From Amoebidium appalachense (taxonomy: Eukaryota; Protista; Ichthyosporea), in contig CAVNZM010000001.1 in assembly GCA_963693365.1 (NCBI GenBank), positions 17,293,840 to 17,357,839 of the forward strand: a stretch of DNA of 64,000 bases, written 5' to 3'. Positions 38,424 to 50,660 of this stretch are shown one piece after another (within the stretch, counting starts at the first letter, position 1; every line of letters starts with the position of its first letter). Made by a program: the position numbers and the translations under genes. A model generated the notes under the pieces. The model searched no databases, was not told where the DNA came from, and worked only from the letters and a program-made list of their open reading frames with translations.

Positions 38424-39816
38424 ACACGGACCCACAAGTACACGCACACTCACAGGCGCACATCCACCACCACACATCCACCACCACCATAATAGAAACT
38501 TATTGACCACACTTCCAAAACCCATTTCCAAGTCCCCCCCCCCCCCTAAAAAAAAAATAAAAAATAATAAAACAAAACCCTACCAAGCCAACCCAAAAAA
38601 TGCCCAAGCACGTGCATACAAAACAATGGGGACCATTTACACACCCAAAATGCAGTGCACACTTGCCTGAAGGCACATGTCCAGCGTAACCATTTTTGTC
38701 ACCAAACGCCGAGAACTTAGCCGCCTGCTCCTCTGGGGGAAGTTCTGTCAGGCGCTGGTCGTGGGGGCGGAAATCGTTACGCTTTTTGAGTTCATACTTG
38801 GTCCAATGCAGCGCCCTCGAGTAATACAGGAGCCGCTGCTCGTCGTATCGCTGCTTGTGGAGCTCCGAGAGGAGGGTGGCAAAGGCGTTTGGGCCCACAC
38901 CTTTGTCTGCCAGTGCACGCAACAATGTTACCACCTTTAGGTCGAGCCCACTGCGGTGGCTAAGGTAGGCCGGAAACTGATCACGCATGAAGAGTGGAAG
39001 GCGTTTAATTGTCTGGGGGTTTGTGCCGGCAAAGTTTTTTTTGCATGTGTCACAAAAGTACCGGGCCGTGATAATGTAGTAGCAGCTGTCAAAGTCGATA
39101 ACACGCCGTCCTACGGGGTTGCTCATGAACCCATTGCGAGAAGTACGGTGTGGGTTGGGGTGGTTGTGGGGGTCCACGTAGTGATCATCGAAGGGGCACG
39201 GCACCATGAAACCGGGAGACAACCTTTCCGGAAGCCAGGCAAAACATCTGGGTTTGTAGAAAGGCGCTGGATCGCCCCCAAATTTAAAGCCTATAATGGG
39301 AGGTGGAAGATGCCACCCCACAGGCGTCTTCTCATCTTTGAGACTCTCTTTCACTGTGTGCAGGTGCGACTTGATTGTTTCGCCCGCCGCGTCAGAAAAC
39401 TCCTCTCCACCGTCATCCCCGTCCGTATTATCTTCTCCCTCTTCCTCCCCTTCATCCTCGTCTACCCGGTACGCATCTGCTGCTGCATTTAGCAAAGGTT
39501 CCTCGTCGGGTTGCACCTGTATGTCTGGTGGGTGTGGAGCAGGGGCCCGATCCATTTCTCTTGGTAACGAATGGACGCTACCTGCCTCAACTACACGGGC
39601 CCTTATGTCGGCGGCCTTAGATAGAGGGGGCTGTTCGGGTTGTACGTTTACGTTTAGTTCCTGCAAAACAGCTTTGTTTGCCGTCCCAAAACCTGCAAAG
39701 TTCGCTAAAGGCTGAACAAATGCAGCATCTTTTTTTTTGCGCCCAGCTCCCTCCCTAGCTCCGCCTGTTTTATGCCCAGGGCGCTGTGTTGTGCCCTTAG
39801 GGCAGCCTGGCTTCAT
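31860..39816 (-). CDS. DDE transposase-like protein (DUF6729-type N-region, Mutator/ISL3-like DxxH) with internal WRN-type 3'-5' exonuclease; exons 39816-38667, 37677-37489, 36485-35655, 35195-34555, 34102-33896, 33458-31860
   Basis: Six exons splice in phase to 4617 nt (1538 aa) with no stop. Motifs: GGAREGAGRK, RRVIDFDSCYYI..YFC..C..QFPAYLSHRSGLD, LKADHTF (D), YTDRCC (D), VVGLDCEW / GTDSAHL / YAALDA (ExoI-III), LNDAFH, GCLSDP, YRCIRGTNEVEGAVH (E), C-terminal CxxC..C..C. Confidence 0.85.
36575..36880. repeat. Intronic minisatellite, ~40-nt unit
   Basis: Recurring ccccc-aaacccatgtgcccaca(t/a)..tttcccc unit, about 6-7 degenerate copies. Confidence 0.8.
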
Positions 39817-41799
39817 TTTAAACACTTGGGGCCTGGCCCCCTGCCCCCCTAGTGCGACTACGTTACCGCAAACATTCCCGTATTCCAGTGTGCTCGGCAA
39901 TGCTGCTCATGGCCTTCCCGGACTGGTGGTTGTGACCAGTAAAGAGCGCGCCAATTCCTGACCGCCGCCTACAGCAGTGTATGATCTGTTATCCATATTC
40001 GGCAAAAGGGGTCTTGCCCAACCAATGGCTTGAATCCTTGTAACTTTGCTTTATCCATATAAGGTTAGCTGAACACCCCCCCCTCCAATCATACCCCCCC
40101 CTTCTCTCTAGTAGTAGCTCCTGGCATGCCGTGACCGCAGAGTTTACATTTTGCGCGCTTGCCATATATAGCAACAGCCTACAACGCATATTTCTACATG
40201 TAACAAAAGTAGCCTATTTTTTATGAGCTATGACGTAACATTGTGCGAATCTCAGACTATATCAATAAGTTGTTTCTGATTAGCCTGAAACTAAACCTTT
40301 GCGACTTATTTTCTATTTTAGGATCATCGGATTGCCCAAATGCGGCCATATGAATCGTTGCCAAGGTATATAAAGGCACCACATGCTTCTGCCTTTCCAC
40401 TTTTTCTCCCCCCGAAGACTCATAACTACAAGTCCATGTTACATTTTCAAAGGAGTCTCCATTTGAAACAGCCCGACCATCTTCAGCGGAATAAAGGCAC
40501 GGGTTACATCCAGGACAGCACTACGGTGCTCTTTTGTGTTCCCTTCCGTCCTACTTCTTCTTTTCTCGTGCTTCGTTCTCGACTTCGTTTATCACCCTGT
40601 GTGTGCGCTGTGACATGTTGCTTGGGCTCTTGTCATCTCTTTTGCTTGTTTTGTTGTGTGCCCGTGTTCCCTTTGCACCTCTAGCTGTTTTGGTCTCCAG
40701 CCGTTTTGATGGCTGTCGGCCCAGCGAGGTTGCTAGATTAATAAAAGCCAGCCTTACGACACGCAGCGCCTACATGTGGTTCTGTGTGTAACCTTATCTG
40801 GTTAAATTTTTCCTGCACTCTTTGTGAAGTTAGCCGGAATGAGAATATAGCATGAATAAGCACTACTTTTGCTCTGCATTTTTTGCCTGTACGTTTTCTA
40901 GATGGCTTCGTTAAGTTCATGGAGAGAGGTAAAATACAAAGCCCTGTTGCAACGGGCTATTGATTGTCTCTTGGGTCAGCTAGTGAGGTGGCCGTGGACG
41001 AAAATAGCTGTATGAGTGCATGGTTAATTGACGTGCCGAACTGCTATTTCCCAGTCGGCACGTCTCATTCCCATGCTACAGCAACTGCCCAAATATACCA
41101 CGTGGAGCATCTCTCCGTGGTGCTTTGCGTAATCAGAATTGGGCACACCTCTGTGCATCGGAAGAACACTGACTGCCACTGTTGCAGTGAATAATAAAAA
41201 TGTGGCCAAGTTTGAGTCCTTTCCTCCAACCTCCCCAGTACAAACAAGGCAGAACCAGCCTGAGGTGCGTGGAACTCGATTACTTTGCTACTTACTTGCT
41301 GCTATGTAGTAATAATACTCGATTACTCCACGCGGACGTGGGCTATTTTTTACGCTTCTTGTTCTTATTTTTGCTCGCTGCCCGATGTTAGATCAGACCA
41401 TTAATCTAACACGGCATATATTATGACACGTCCACCCGGCCCCGAGCACTCGAACATCCCTCCCCGCTGGCTCACCCCCATGCGGGGCGCCTTACAGCCG
41501 AACTCACCGCGGGCGCAGGAGCTACATGCGCGCACGGTATTTGTACCTTCTGTTTATCCAGCAACCATTTGCGACAGATTGGGGATGTTCCTTGTGGCCC
41601 TCACACCTCTCAGTTGTCCCTTTACCGCACACTCTAGCATCGCTGTCCGATCATCGCCCGGCTAAGTGGGTGGTGCAGTGCCCCGGGGTGGTCGCCCGCC
41701 CACCGCCAGAGACACAGCGCATGCTAGCAAAACGGCTTTCTAACATGTTGGTGCAATCGGCATTCCGGGCGCAATATGCCCCTATACACCCGCAGCTTC

Positions 41800-42960
41800 T
41801 CCGTATGGTGCAAGAGGCACGAGTGCGCAAGGATCCGGGAATTCTTCACAAGGCCCTTAGTAGTGTACCTGCAAAGTCGAAGGAAAGCCATTAACTAGCT
41901 ATGTTATTGCACACATCTGACAGCCCACACACAATAGTGTTACCAAAAGCAATAGTGGTAAAGATAACCGAAAAGTTCAAAAAAGAAATACACTTCTGGC
42001 AACATGGACTGGGAGCTACCCCTGTTTTTGTCTTTGATGGGCAGCTCATGCATGCCAAACAAACAGAGAAAAGCAACCGGTTAAAGGCGTGCGAAAACGC
42101 GTATAACGAAGGGAAACGACTTCTGGGCACCCTTTGTAACGCCACTTCGTCGGAGGAGAGTCAGAAAATACAGGAGCGGGTTGACAGCCAGTTTAAACAG
42201 TCCCACTTTGTCGTCTGGTCTATGGCACGAGTGGCGTTGGCAACATGCCAAGCGGAGGGTATAGAGAAGGTGGTGGCCCCTTACGAGGCGGGCGTTCATG
42301 GGGCAGAATAAGATAATTGACGTAATAGGGGCCCCTATAGCGGTGGACGACAATGATTGGCTTGCAGATACATCCTCACCCATACTCATCGGTGGTCTGT
42401 TGCGGGGCAAGCCAAAAAACAGATTCCCTCACTCGTTTTAAATGCTACCTCGTCGATCACGCTCGCGACATTTTTAAAGTACACACTTACAAAAATAAAC
42501 AATATGATTTCTCAGGCTGGAATATGGACGATTTGCTTCTTTTTGGCATTGTTGGTGGTTGTGATTTTTTGAAACTAGTGGGTGTGGGTGAGGTTGGCGC
42601 ACACGACTTTGTGAGGAAGATGAAACAAAAAGGGGACACGCAACTCGTTACACGCATGGCTGGAGTGTGTGCAAGACGTTCTTGAGAACTCGTCACTTCG
42701 CCTTGCTGCCCCAAAAATGCACGCACACGAGCTTGATACTGTGAGTGTGTTCACGGCAGTTGAACGGGCGCTCGTAGCCTTCCGCTCCCACATAGTGCTG
42801 AATCCTGTTACGCTTGAGCATTGGCACGTTTGCTGGACACCAGCCGCTGAGAGCCTCACCCAGAGGTGTTGGGCACACCAATCGATGCCAACCTTTTGGA
42901 CTGCTATCTGACTGGCCATATTGTTCCGCACACTCTTGAATTTCTACCGCTCAGTGGCAC
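41800..42960 (+). pseudogene. Exo1-like (FEN1/XPG family) 5' nuclease with stops and frameshifts
   Basis: D..ILHKA, PVFVFDGQLMHAK, GIEKVVAPYEA, GIVGGCDFLKLVGVG (H3TH), ERALVAFRSHIVLNP, spread over several frames. Confidence 0.8.
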
Positions 42961-43327
42961 AGCAGAGAGTGGGCGGCCTGATATATAGGCAACCGGGAAT
43001 GCAGATAATGTTAAATCGTTGATGAAATTAATAGATAAAATAAATGATGTATCTAGAGAGGCCCGGGCCGCAAAGGCATCTGTACTCGCTCGAAAGAAAA
43101 GGTAGATCGATGTAAAGTGATAAGTCTCTTTTATAAATTAGTAACGCTAGTAGTAGTGCTATATGGCAACCATAACCGGTTAAGGATAAATGGTGTTTTT
43201 GTTCTGTATAAATGTAATGAAAATTGTAACTAGGCAGTGCTGTGCACTATTTTATGTATGCCATGTGGTGTAACGAATGAAGGTCTACTGTTACCACAAC
43301 TACTGGGGTGACAAGGTCTTGCGTCTG

Positions 43328-43362
<35 letters not shown>

Positions 43363-43505
43363 TTGCGTGCGTGGGTGCGTGCGTGCGTGGGTGAGTGCGT
43401 GCGTGCGTGCGTGCGCACCCAGGAATGTGTAGTGGTTGTGTGTGGTCTAGAATAGGCGGGAGGAGGGGCCTGGGGGGGAGAGGGGGGGGAAGGGGGGGGG
43501 GGGAG

Positions 43506-46500
43506 TGTTGGAGTACACTGGTACTCCCGGCTAGCAATGTCTGTTAGAGAAAGTTTCTGAGCAATTGAATAACTGTTTCAACACTCACTCGAGTGCATAG
43601 AGCTTTTGTTTACGGTCATATTCATATATGGTAGTTATATGTTTGAGCCAAAACTGTACCAATGACGAGCTTCACTAGCAACGTGCTAATTGTGCTCATT
43701 AATTAATATTCCCGGTTCAGATGATGTCATGTCTATATTTGCCACAGGATTCTATTCTTAGAGTGGTAGTGTGCTTTATTCCCGGATATTCTCAGAATAT
43801 TTTTAGTTGTGTGAAGCAAGATTTACGTTTAACTGCAATTGGTGTGTTAAACACGTTTATTTGTGTGCTTTAGTGCAAGTTAACTAGCCACTCAACGTGC
43901 ACAGTTAACTTTTATATCTTTAACGACTTGTTTTCATTGTGCTCTCTTTTCGGCCATGCTGTACATGGCCCACCACCAGGGTGCACACGAGGCCACCATG
44001 AGGTGGCCAACGACTATATAAAGCAGTGCCTCCCATGTCACAAACATGGGAAGCAGAACGTTTGATTTACACTTTTCTACTGTCGTTTCCAGTGCACAAA
44101 ACACATAGACTAGTTACCCATCATACACGACACTATGTCTGACAACTTACAGTTGCAGCAACTAGTCCAACTACTGGAGCAGAGGTTGGCCTCACAAGAT
44201 GCAATCATTTCTGACTTACAGAAGGAACAACGTGCACTAGAACTAGCTTCTATGAACACAATGTCCAACAGGGTTATGGGCCCCTCACGTAATGATTCCA
44301 TCAAGTTCAAGGTCGACATCCCTCTCTTCACTGGCATTGATAATGATTCAGGCACGGACTACCACACATGGGCCGAAACCATGTATGTCCAGCTTTCTGG
44401 TGCTGGTCTTCTCCACACCATCGCGCCCAGTACGGAGCACCCGGCTACCCGTGAACAGGTCGACACTGCCCGTTCCTACCTGTGGCAAGCACTCTCGGTT
44501 GACGTGCGTTGTATCCTAGGGTTAACACGCACCACCACACCTGCGGAGATATGGTCGGCCCTATCTGCCCACTACCTGGAGCAATCTGAGGCCAATCAGT
44601 ACGACCTTATCGGGCTGTACATGAATTCTACGCCTGAACCTACGGACACCGCGACGAAATACGCCATGAAACTCCGCGGCTACGTGCGGCGCCTGGCCGA
44701 TTACGGCACACAAATTGGTGATGCTCAAGTGCTGACCAAGCTCACCAACGACCTCGGCAAGGTGCCTTACTACGAAATGCCTGTAATTGCCTACAAGATG
44801 ACACCCAAGCCTACCGTGATGGGCCTCCTCCAACAGCTACGGGCATATGAGACCAGCCACCCACGTGCACGTGTGACTACCAGCTCCGGGCCGGCCGCCT
44901 TCACCACACGGGCTCCTCAACCTGTCATCTGCCACGGCTGCGGCAAACCAGGCCACATCAAGTCTCAGTGCCCCAACGGCAACGGCCAACACAGCAACTC
45001 TGGCAACAACCGTGCCAGCACCTACCCCAAGGGTTCCTGCGTCAACCACCCACTGTCTACCAGTCACACTACCGCCATGTGCAAGGGGGGCAACCGTGCC
45101 AACGGCCGCAAACCTAAGGGTGGTCCCCTCCCGCCTGGGTCCTGCATCAACCACCCTGCCTCTACTACCCACACTACGGCACAGTGCAAGGGGGGGGCTG
45201 CCGCTCCCCGGGCTTTCCTCATGTCTAGCAACGACTGTGGCACCAACAAGGTGCTCCTCGACTCTGGAGCCACTGACCATGTGTGCCCCCGGCCCGATGT
45301 GTTCATCAACATGCGTGCGGCGCCTTACTCCACGGTCCAAGTAGCCGACAAGGGTGCATGTGCAGTGCTTGGGGTGGGCGACGTGTTCTTTTCCAGCACC
45401 ATCGACGGCGTTACTGCGGTGCATCAGCTGACGGATGTACTCTACGTGCCCTCCATCCCCGACACTCTCATCAGTGTGTTCACGGCAACTACCAACGGTG
45501 TTTTACCCCGCTTTGACACCCGCGGCGGCGTTAAGTTGTGCTACGGCGATCAAATTCTGGCCACCGGCTCGGCTGTCGGCACCAAGCTGTACCACATGGC
45601 GGTGTCTCTTCTGCGCGCGGACACAACCCCGGACGCCCAAACCACCACTGCTCCGCGTATCCTCAAGGTTACTGCCGACCTCAACACGTGGCACTACCGT
45701 CTGGGCCATGCTGGCATTGACGCTGTACGCTCGGTCATCAAGTCTGCAGGCCTGTTGGTGGGTGGCGGTGCCAAGTCTCCGGGTGTGTGTGAGCCCTGTG
45801 CCCTCGGCAAAGCCCACCGTGTTGCCTTCTCCGAATCAACTAGCCAAGCTCCCCGGGTCCTAGCCAAGGTTCACAGCGACATCAGCGGCCCCTTCCCTCC
45901 CGCGATCGGTGGTGCTCAGTACTTGGCGACGTTCCACGACGAATTCACCGGCCACACCACGGCCGTGCCCCTCGTCAAGAAGTCGGACACACTGGCTGCA
46001 TATGTGACGTACCACAAGGCGGCGGTTACCCAACACGGTGTTCCCATGCAGGTGTTTCAGTCCGACGGGGGGGGCGAGTACATGGGCACGGCCTTCGGGG
46101 ACTACAACCGTGAGCATGGCATTCGCCATCAGATCACTACCACCGGCTCTCCTCAACAGAATGGGACTGCCGAACGACTGAACCGGACCCTCCTCGACAT
46201 GGTTCGGGCACTCCTGCAGCAGTCCGGCCTTCCGGTGGGATTCTGGGCCGAGGCAGCTGTGACCGCGGCTTTTATACGCAACATGCTCCCGTCGCGAGCC
46301 ACCGGCAGCCAATCGTCTCCCGCCCTGCTGTGGACCGGCATTCCTCCCGACTACAGCCGGCTCCGTGTCTGGGGCTCTCCCTGCTACGTCCATCAACAGG
46401 ATACACCGAAACTGGCGCCTCGTGCCGTCAAGGGCATCTTCGTGGGCTACCCTCCTAACATCAAGGGCTACAAGGTCTGGATTCCAGCAGCACACAAGAT

Positions 46501-49390
46501 GACCGTCAGCCGTGACGTGCAGTTCGACGAGGCTGCTATTCTGCACCCCCTCCGTGATGTCCCATCTGATTGGTCGACCGCACCGGCAATTCATCATTTT
46601 TTGGAGTCATCTGATTCGTCAAATCAGCCAGCCAATCACATCGTCCGGAATGATCAGCAATCTGATTCGTCTCGTCTGTCAGCCAATGGGACAGCGCCGA
46701 GTGATCAATTGGACATTCCGATCCTGCCCGAGCCTGCACATCGGCTCCCCCGGACGACCCGTAGTGGCGCTGTGTACAACGACCAACGTCGAGGCCCGAC
46801 TGCCAACGTGGCTGCTGCTACGGCCCCCCTTGCCCCCCAGGCTACGGCTCCTGCATCAACACCCATCAAGGCTTCCACCATTGTTGTCCCCAAGACTGTC
46901 CGGGCTGCACTCAAGAGTCCCCAGCGTCTGAAATGGGAGGAGGCTGCACACCGTGAGCTCAAGGCCCTGGAAGACAACGGCACCTTCACCCTTGTGCCCC
47001 GTCCAGAGGATGGCTCCACTGTCATTCCGGTCGGCTGGGTCTTTACGGTCAAGCAGGACAACGTCGGCAACGTCACTGCGTTCAAGGCCCGGCTTGTGGC
47101 CCGGGGCAACTACCAGCAGCCTGGCCAGGACTATTTCGTCACCGAGTCACCTGTGGCTGCGCTGGCTACCATCCGGCTGGTTTTGGCTACCTCCGTGGCC
47201 CAAGGTCTGCCTCTGCGCCACATCGACGTCAACACAGCATTCCTCAACGGCACCGTCAACGAGACCATCTACATTGAGCAGCCCCCTGGCTTCGTCAACC
47301 CCTCGGCCCCCCATGCTGTCGGCTTGCTCCACAAGGCGCTCTACGGCCTAAAACAGGCACCGCGCCAGTGGTATGAGGCCCTCCGTGACCATCTCCTCGA
47401 CCAAGGCTTCATTGTGAGTGCTGCTGACCCGTGCCTGTTCATCAAGAATGCCGGGACCCCAACATTTATTGCCCTTGCTGCCTACGTGGATGACTTCACC
47501 GTGACGGCCGCCACTGATGCGCTCATCGACGATTTTTTCACCAAGCTGGATGCTCGTTTCTCTGCCAAGGACCTGGGTCGTCCTACCCTGCTCATCGGGC
47601 ACACTCTTACCTGGCTGGAGGACGGGTCTCTGCGTCTGGGCCATCGTCAACACATCATCGACTTGGCTGCCCGTTTTCGTCTCACCCACATGTCCGGCAC
47701 CAAGACCCCCATCGTCCCGGGCCAGGCCAGTGAAAGCAACAAGACCCCAGCCTACAGCAAGAAGGAGGACTATGCCAGCCTGGTCGGTGCCCTGCTGTGG
47801 ATTGCGCGTACCACCCGCCCCGACATTTCCCAGGCTCTGGGAGTCCTTACTCGACACATTCATGCGCCCACCGTCACCCACTGGACTATGGCTACCAGAG
47901 TTGTAAGCTACCTGCTGGCCACCATCGACCTGGGTATTGTCTACCGTCCCGGCCCCCCCAACCTTGTTGGCTACTCCGACTCCGACTACGCCGAGGACCG
48001 CGACACCCGGCGCTCCACCACGGGCTATGTCTTCTTCATAAACTCCTCCCCTGTGTCCTGGGTGTCTCGGCTCCAGTCCATCACCACCCACAGCTCCACT
48101 GAGGCTGAATTTGTGGCCATGTCTGCTGCTACGAACGAGGCCCTATGGCTCAACTATGTGATGGACGACCTGGGCCTTAATCCTATCAATGAGCCCACCC
48201 CGGTGCCCATCCATGGGGACAATGAGTCTGCCCGGGCCCTGCTGGACACCCTGGGGGTTAAGCCCAAGACCAAGCACATCGACGTCCGCTACTGCTCCGT
48301 CAAGGAACATCACCTGCTGGGCAACATCACTGTGGTCCCGGTGGCTTCTGCTGACAACAAGGCCGACATGTTCACCAAGGCCCTGTCTGCCTCTTTCTTC
48401 ACCAAGGCCGTGGGGATGCTCAACATGTGCTGAGCACCCGTCATCAACCAACTGCGCCCTCATACTTCAGGGGGGGGGAGAGAGTTGCATCCGACTGTGC
48501 AACTACGTGTACCATACTAAAATTGAGTAGGGGAATCTTTATTGTCTGTATTTTGTGCACCTGAAGCACTCGAGCTCAGTTGCATTAATTCATAGTATTA
48601 CCACAATTATCCAATTGAGTAGGGGTGTTGGAGTACACTGGTACTCCCGGCTAGCAATGTCTGTTAGCGAAAGTTTCTGAGCAATTGAATAACTGTTTCA
48701 ACACTCACTCGAGTGCATAGAGCTTTTGTTTACGGTCATATTCATATATGGTAGTTATATGTTTGAGCCAAAACTGTACCAATGACGAGCTTCACTAGCA
48801 ACGTGCTAATTGTGCTCATTAATTAATATTCCCGGTTCAGATGATGTCATGTCTATATTTGCCACAGGATTCTATTCTTAGAGTGGTAGTGTGCTTTATT
48901 CCCGGATATTCTCAGAATATTTTTAGTTGTGTGAAGCAAGATTTACGTTTAACTGCAATTGGTGTGTTAAACACGTTTATTTGTGTGCTTTAGTGCAAGT
49001 TAACTAGCCACTCAACGTGCACAGTTAACTTTTATATCTTTAACGACTTGTTTTCATTGTGCTCTCTTTTCGGCCATGCTGTACATGGCCCACCACCAGG
49101 GTGCACACGAGGCCACCATGAGGTGGCCAACGACTATATAAAGCAGTGCCTCCCATGTCACAAACATGGGAAGCAGAACGTTTGATTTACACTTTTCTAC
49201 TGTCGTTTCCAGTGCACAAAACACATAGACTAGTTACCCATCATGCACGACACTATGTCTGACAACTTACAGTTGCAGCAACTAGTCCAACTACTGGAGC
49301 AGAGGTTGGCCTCACAAGATGCAATCATTTCTGACTTACAGAAGGAACAACGTGCACTAGAACTAGCTTCTATGAACACAATGTCCAACA
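43506..49390 (+). mobile_element. Complete Ty1/Copia LTR retrotransposon
   Basis: 765-bp LTRs TG..CA at 43506-44270 and 48626-49390 (two differences seen), 5-bp TSD GGGAG on both sides, PBS GGGTTATGGGCCC at 44271, PPT GAGTAGGGG before the 3' LTR. Confidence 0.98.
44135..48433 (+). CDS. Copia gag-pol polyprotein
   Basis: CHGCGKPGHIKSQC knuckle, LLDSGATDH protease, WHYRLGH..CEPC, integrase VHSD..SDGGGEY..QQNGTAERLNRT, RT FKARLVARG/ALYGLKQAPR/YVDD, RNase H YSDSDYA..TKHIDVRY; Copia domain order. Confidence 0.98.
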   Translation: MSDNLQLQQLVQLLEQRLASQDAIISDLQKEQRALELASMNTMSNRVMGPSRNDSIKFKVDIPLFTGIDNDSGTDYHTWAETMYVQLSGAGLLHTIAPSTEHPATREQVDTARSYLWQALSVDVRCILGLTRTTTPAEIWSALSAHYLEQSEANQYDLIGLYMNSTPEPTDTATKYAMKLRGYVRRLADYGTQIGDAQVLTKLTNDLGKVPYYEMPVIAYKMTPKPTVMGLLQQLRAYETSHPRARVTTSSGPAAFTTRAPQPVICHGCGKPGHIKSQCPNGNGQHSNSGNNRASTYPKGSCVNHPLSTSHTTAMCKGGNRANGRKPKGGPLPPGSCINHPASTTHTTAQCKGGAAAPRAFLMSSNDCGTNKVLLDSGATDHVCPRPDVFINMRAAPYSTVQVADKGACAVLGVGDVFFSSTIDGVTAVHQLTDVLYVPSIPDTLISVFTATTNGVLPRFDTRGGVKLCYGDQILATGSAVGTKLYHMAVSLLRADTTPDAQTTTAPRILKVTADLNTWHYRLGHAGIDAVRSVIKSAGLLVGGGAKSPGVCEPCALGKAHRVAFSESTSQAPRVLAKVHSDISGPFPPAIGGAQYLATFHDEFTGHTTAVPLVKKSDTLAAYVTYHKAAVTQHGVPMQVFQSDGGGEYMGTAFGDYNREHGIRHQITTTGSPQQNGTAERLNRTLLDMVRALLQQSGLPVGFWAEAAVTAAFIRNMLPSRATGSQSSPALLWTGIPPDYSRLRVWGSPCYVHQQDTPKLAPRAVKGIFVGYPPNIKGYKVWIPAAHKMTVSRDVQFDEAAILHPLRDVPSDWSTAPAIHHFLESSDSSNQPANHIVRNDQQSDSSRLSANGTAPSDQLDIPILPEPAHRLPRTTRSGAVYNDQRRGPTANVAAATAPLAPQATAPASTPIKASTIVVPKTVRAALKSPQRLKWEEAAHRELKALEDNGTFTLVPRPEDGSTVIPVGWVFTVKQDNVGNVTAFKARLVARGNYQQPGQDYFVTESPVAALATIRLVLATSVAQGLPLRHIDVNTAFLNGTVNETIYIEQPPGFVNPSAPHAVGLLHKALYGLKQAPRQWYEALRDHLLDQGFIVSAADPCLFIKNAGTPTFIALAAYVDDFTVTAATDALIDDFFTKLDARFSAKDLGRPTLLIGHTLTWLEDGSLRLGHRQHIIDLAARFRLTHMSGTKTPIVPGQASESNKTPAYSKKEDYASLVGALLWIARTTRPDISQALGVLTRHIHAPTVTHWTMATRVVSYLLATIDLGIVYRPGPPNLVGYSDSDYAEDRDTRRSTTGYVFFINSSPVSWVSRLQSITTHSSTEAEFVAMSAATNEALWLNYVMDDLGLNPINEPTPVPIHGDNESARALLDTLGVKPKTKHIDVRYCSVKEHHLLGNITVVPVASADNKADMFTKALSASFFTKAVGMLNMC

Positions 49391-49699
49391 GGGAGACAGG
49401 AAGGTTTCGTTTTTTCCCACTCTGTCGGGCTTGTGTTTTTCTAAAGCCTTCCTTTCCCCTTCCCCCTCTCCCGCTCCTCCTCCTCCTCCCCCCCCCCCCC
49501 TCCCCCCGTTTCAGTGAAAAACATAAACACACGCCATTTGTTTATGTTGGTATTTTTATATATACTGTAACATATTTTTTCACGGGGACTGGGTGACTGA
49601 AGGGGGGGGGGGGGGGAGGGGAGGGAGGGAAGGGGGGAGGGGGGGGGGGGCTGGAGGGGACAAAAACAATAGCTTTATTATGGGGCTTCTTCCTCCCAG

Positions 49700-50480
49700 T
49701 GCACGTTTGCCTTGGAAGCGTGTAAGCCCAAAGCAAACCGGACAACCTGGGAGTGATTGGGCACCATGGTGATGGGAAAGTATCCGTGAGGATCTTGTTC
49801 TCCATCTCCTTCGCCCGCCCAACAGCCCGCTCAATATGAATCCGCACAGCGGCAAATCACGGGTGGAGGCCAGCTCCTCCTGTGAGAAGATTGTTCCCTT
49901 TGCAAGGAAGGGAGGGATAACAAGGTGCAAATTTGCTTGTTTGAGCAGATCTTCTATGAGGAAACCCTTGACAATGTCTGCCATAACCTGTGCACCAGGC
50001 CAGCATTTTTTTATGATGCCGACACATCATAATAAGACGGTCACTTATTCTACCTGGATTACACGATGATACATAGAGTATTTCACCAGAGGGAAGCAAT
50101 ATGGCAACTAAAACTTTTACAGTGTTGTGTCCTTTATATCTGGAGTATGCAAGCTTTTGGAGCTCAGTGTTACTAGCCACCTGAATAAAGAATTCCGTGC
50201 AGTCCAAAATTATAGCGACATGGGGATAGTTTTGCTTGAAACAAGGCAGGGTGTTTGCAGTTACGGCAGCTGCAGTTAATGCACCGTTTTGTAGTGGATC
50301 CAAAAGTCTTAGAGGGTGCGAACATGCAAAGCAAATACAAGCGGCCCCACCAAACGTCCGTGTTGTCTTTTCACCATAAAAGGAAGGCCAGTGGTGAAAC
50401 GGGAATGTGCCGCAGCCACAAGCACCAGCGGATGCGCTCAAACGACAGTGCTCGCTTTGGGCCCCGTGCCCCCACCCTGG
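49700..50480 (-). pseudogene. ISL2EU/Harbinger-group transposase, HTH and DDE part, frameshifted
   Basis: PKRALSFE (HTH_Tnp_4-like), IILDCTEFFIQ, YSRYKGHNTVKVLV, GRISD, MAD..KGFLIEDLL, IPPFL, RIHIERAVGR. Confidence 0.85.
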
Positions 50481-50557
50481 AACGGGCGACCCCCAAACAG
50501 AAGGTGGAGGGAGAAACAGGCAAGGGAACGCAGCCCGGAAACAAGCACTGCACACAC

Positions 50558-50660
<103 letters not shown>

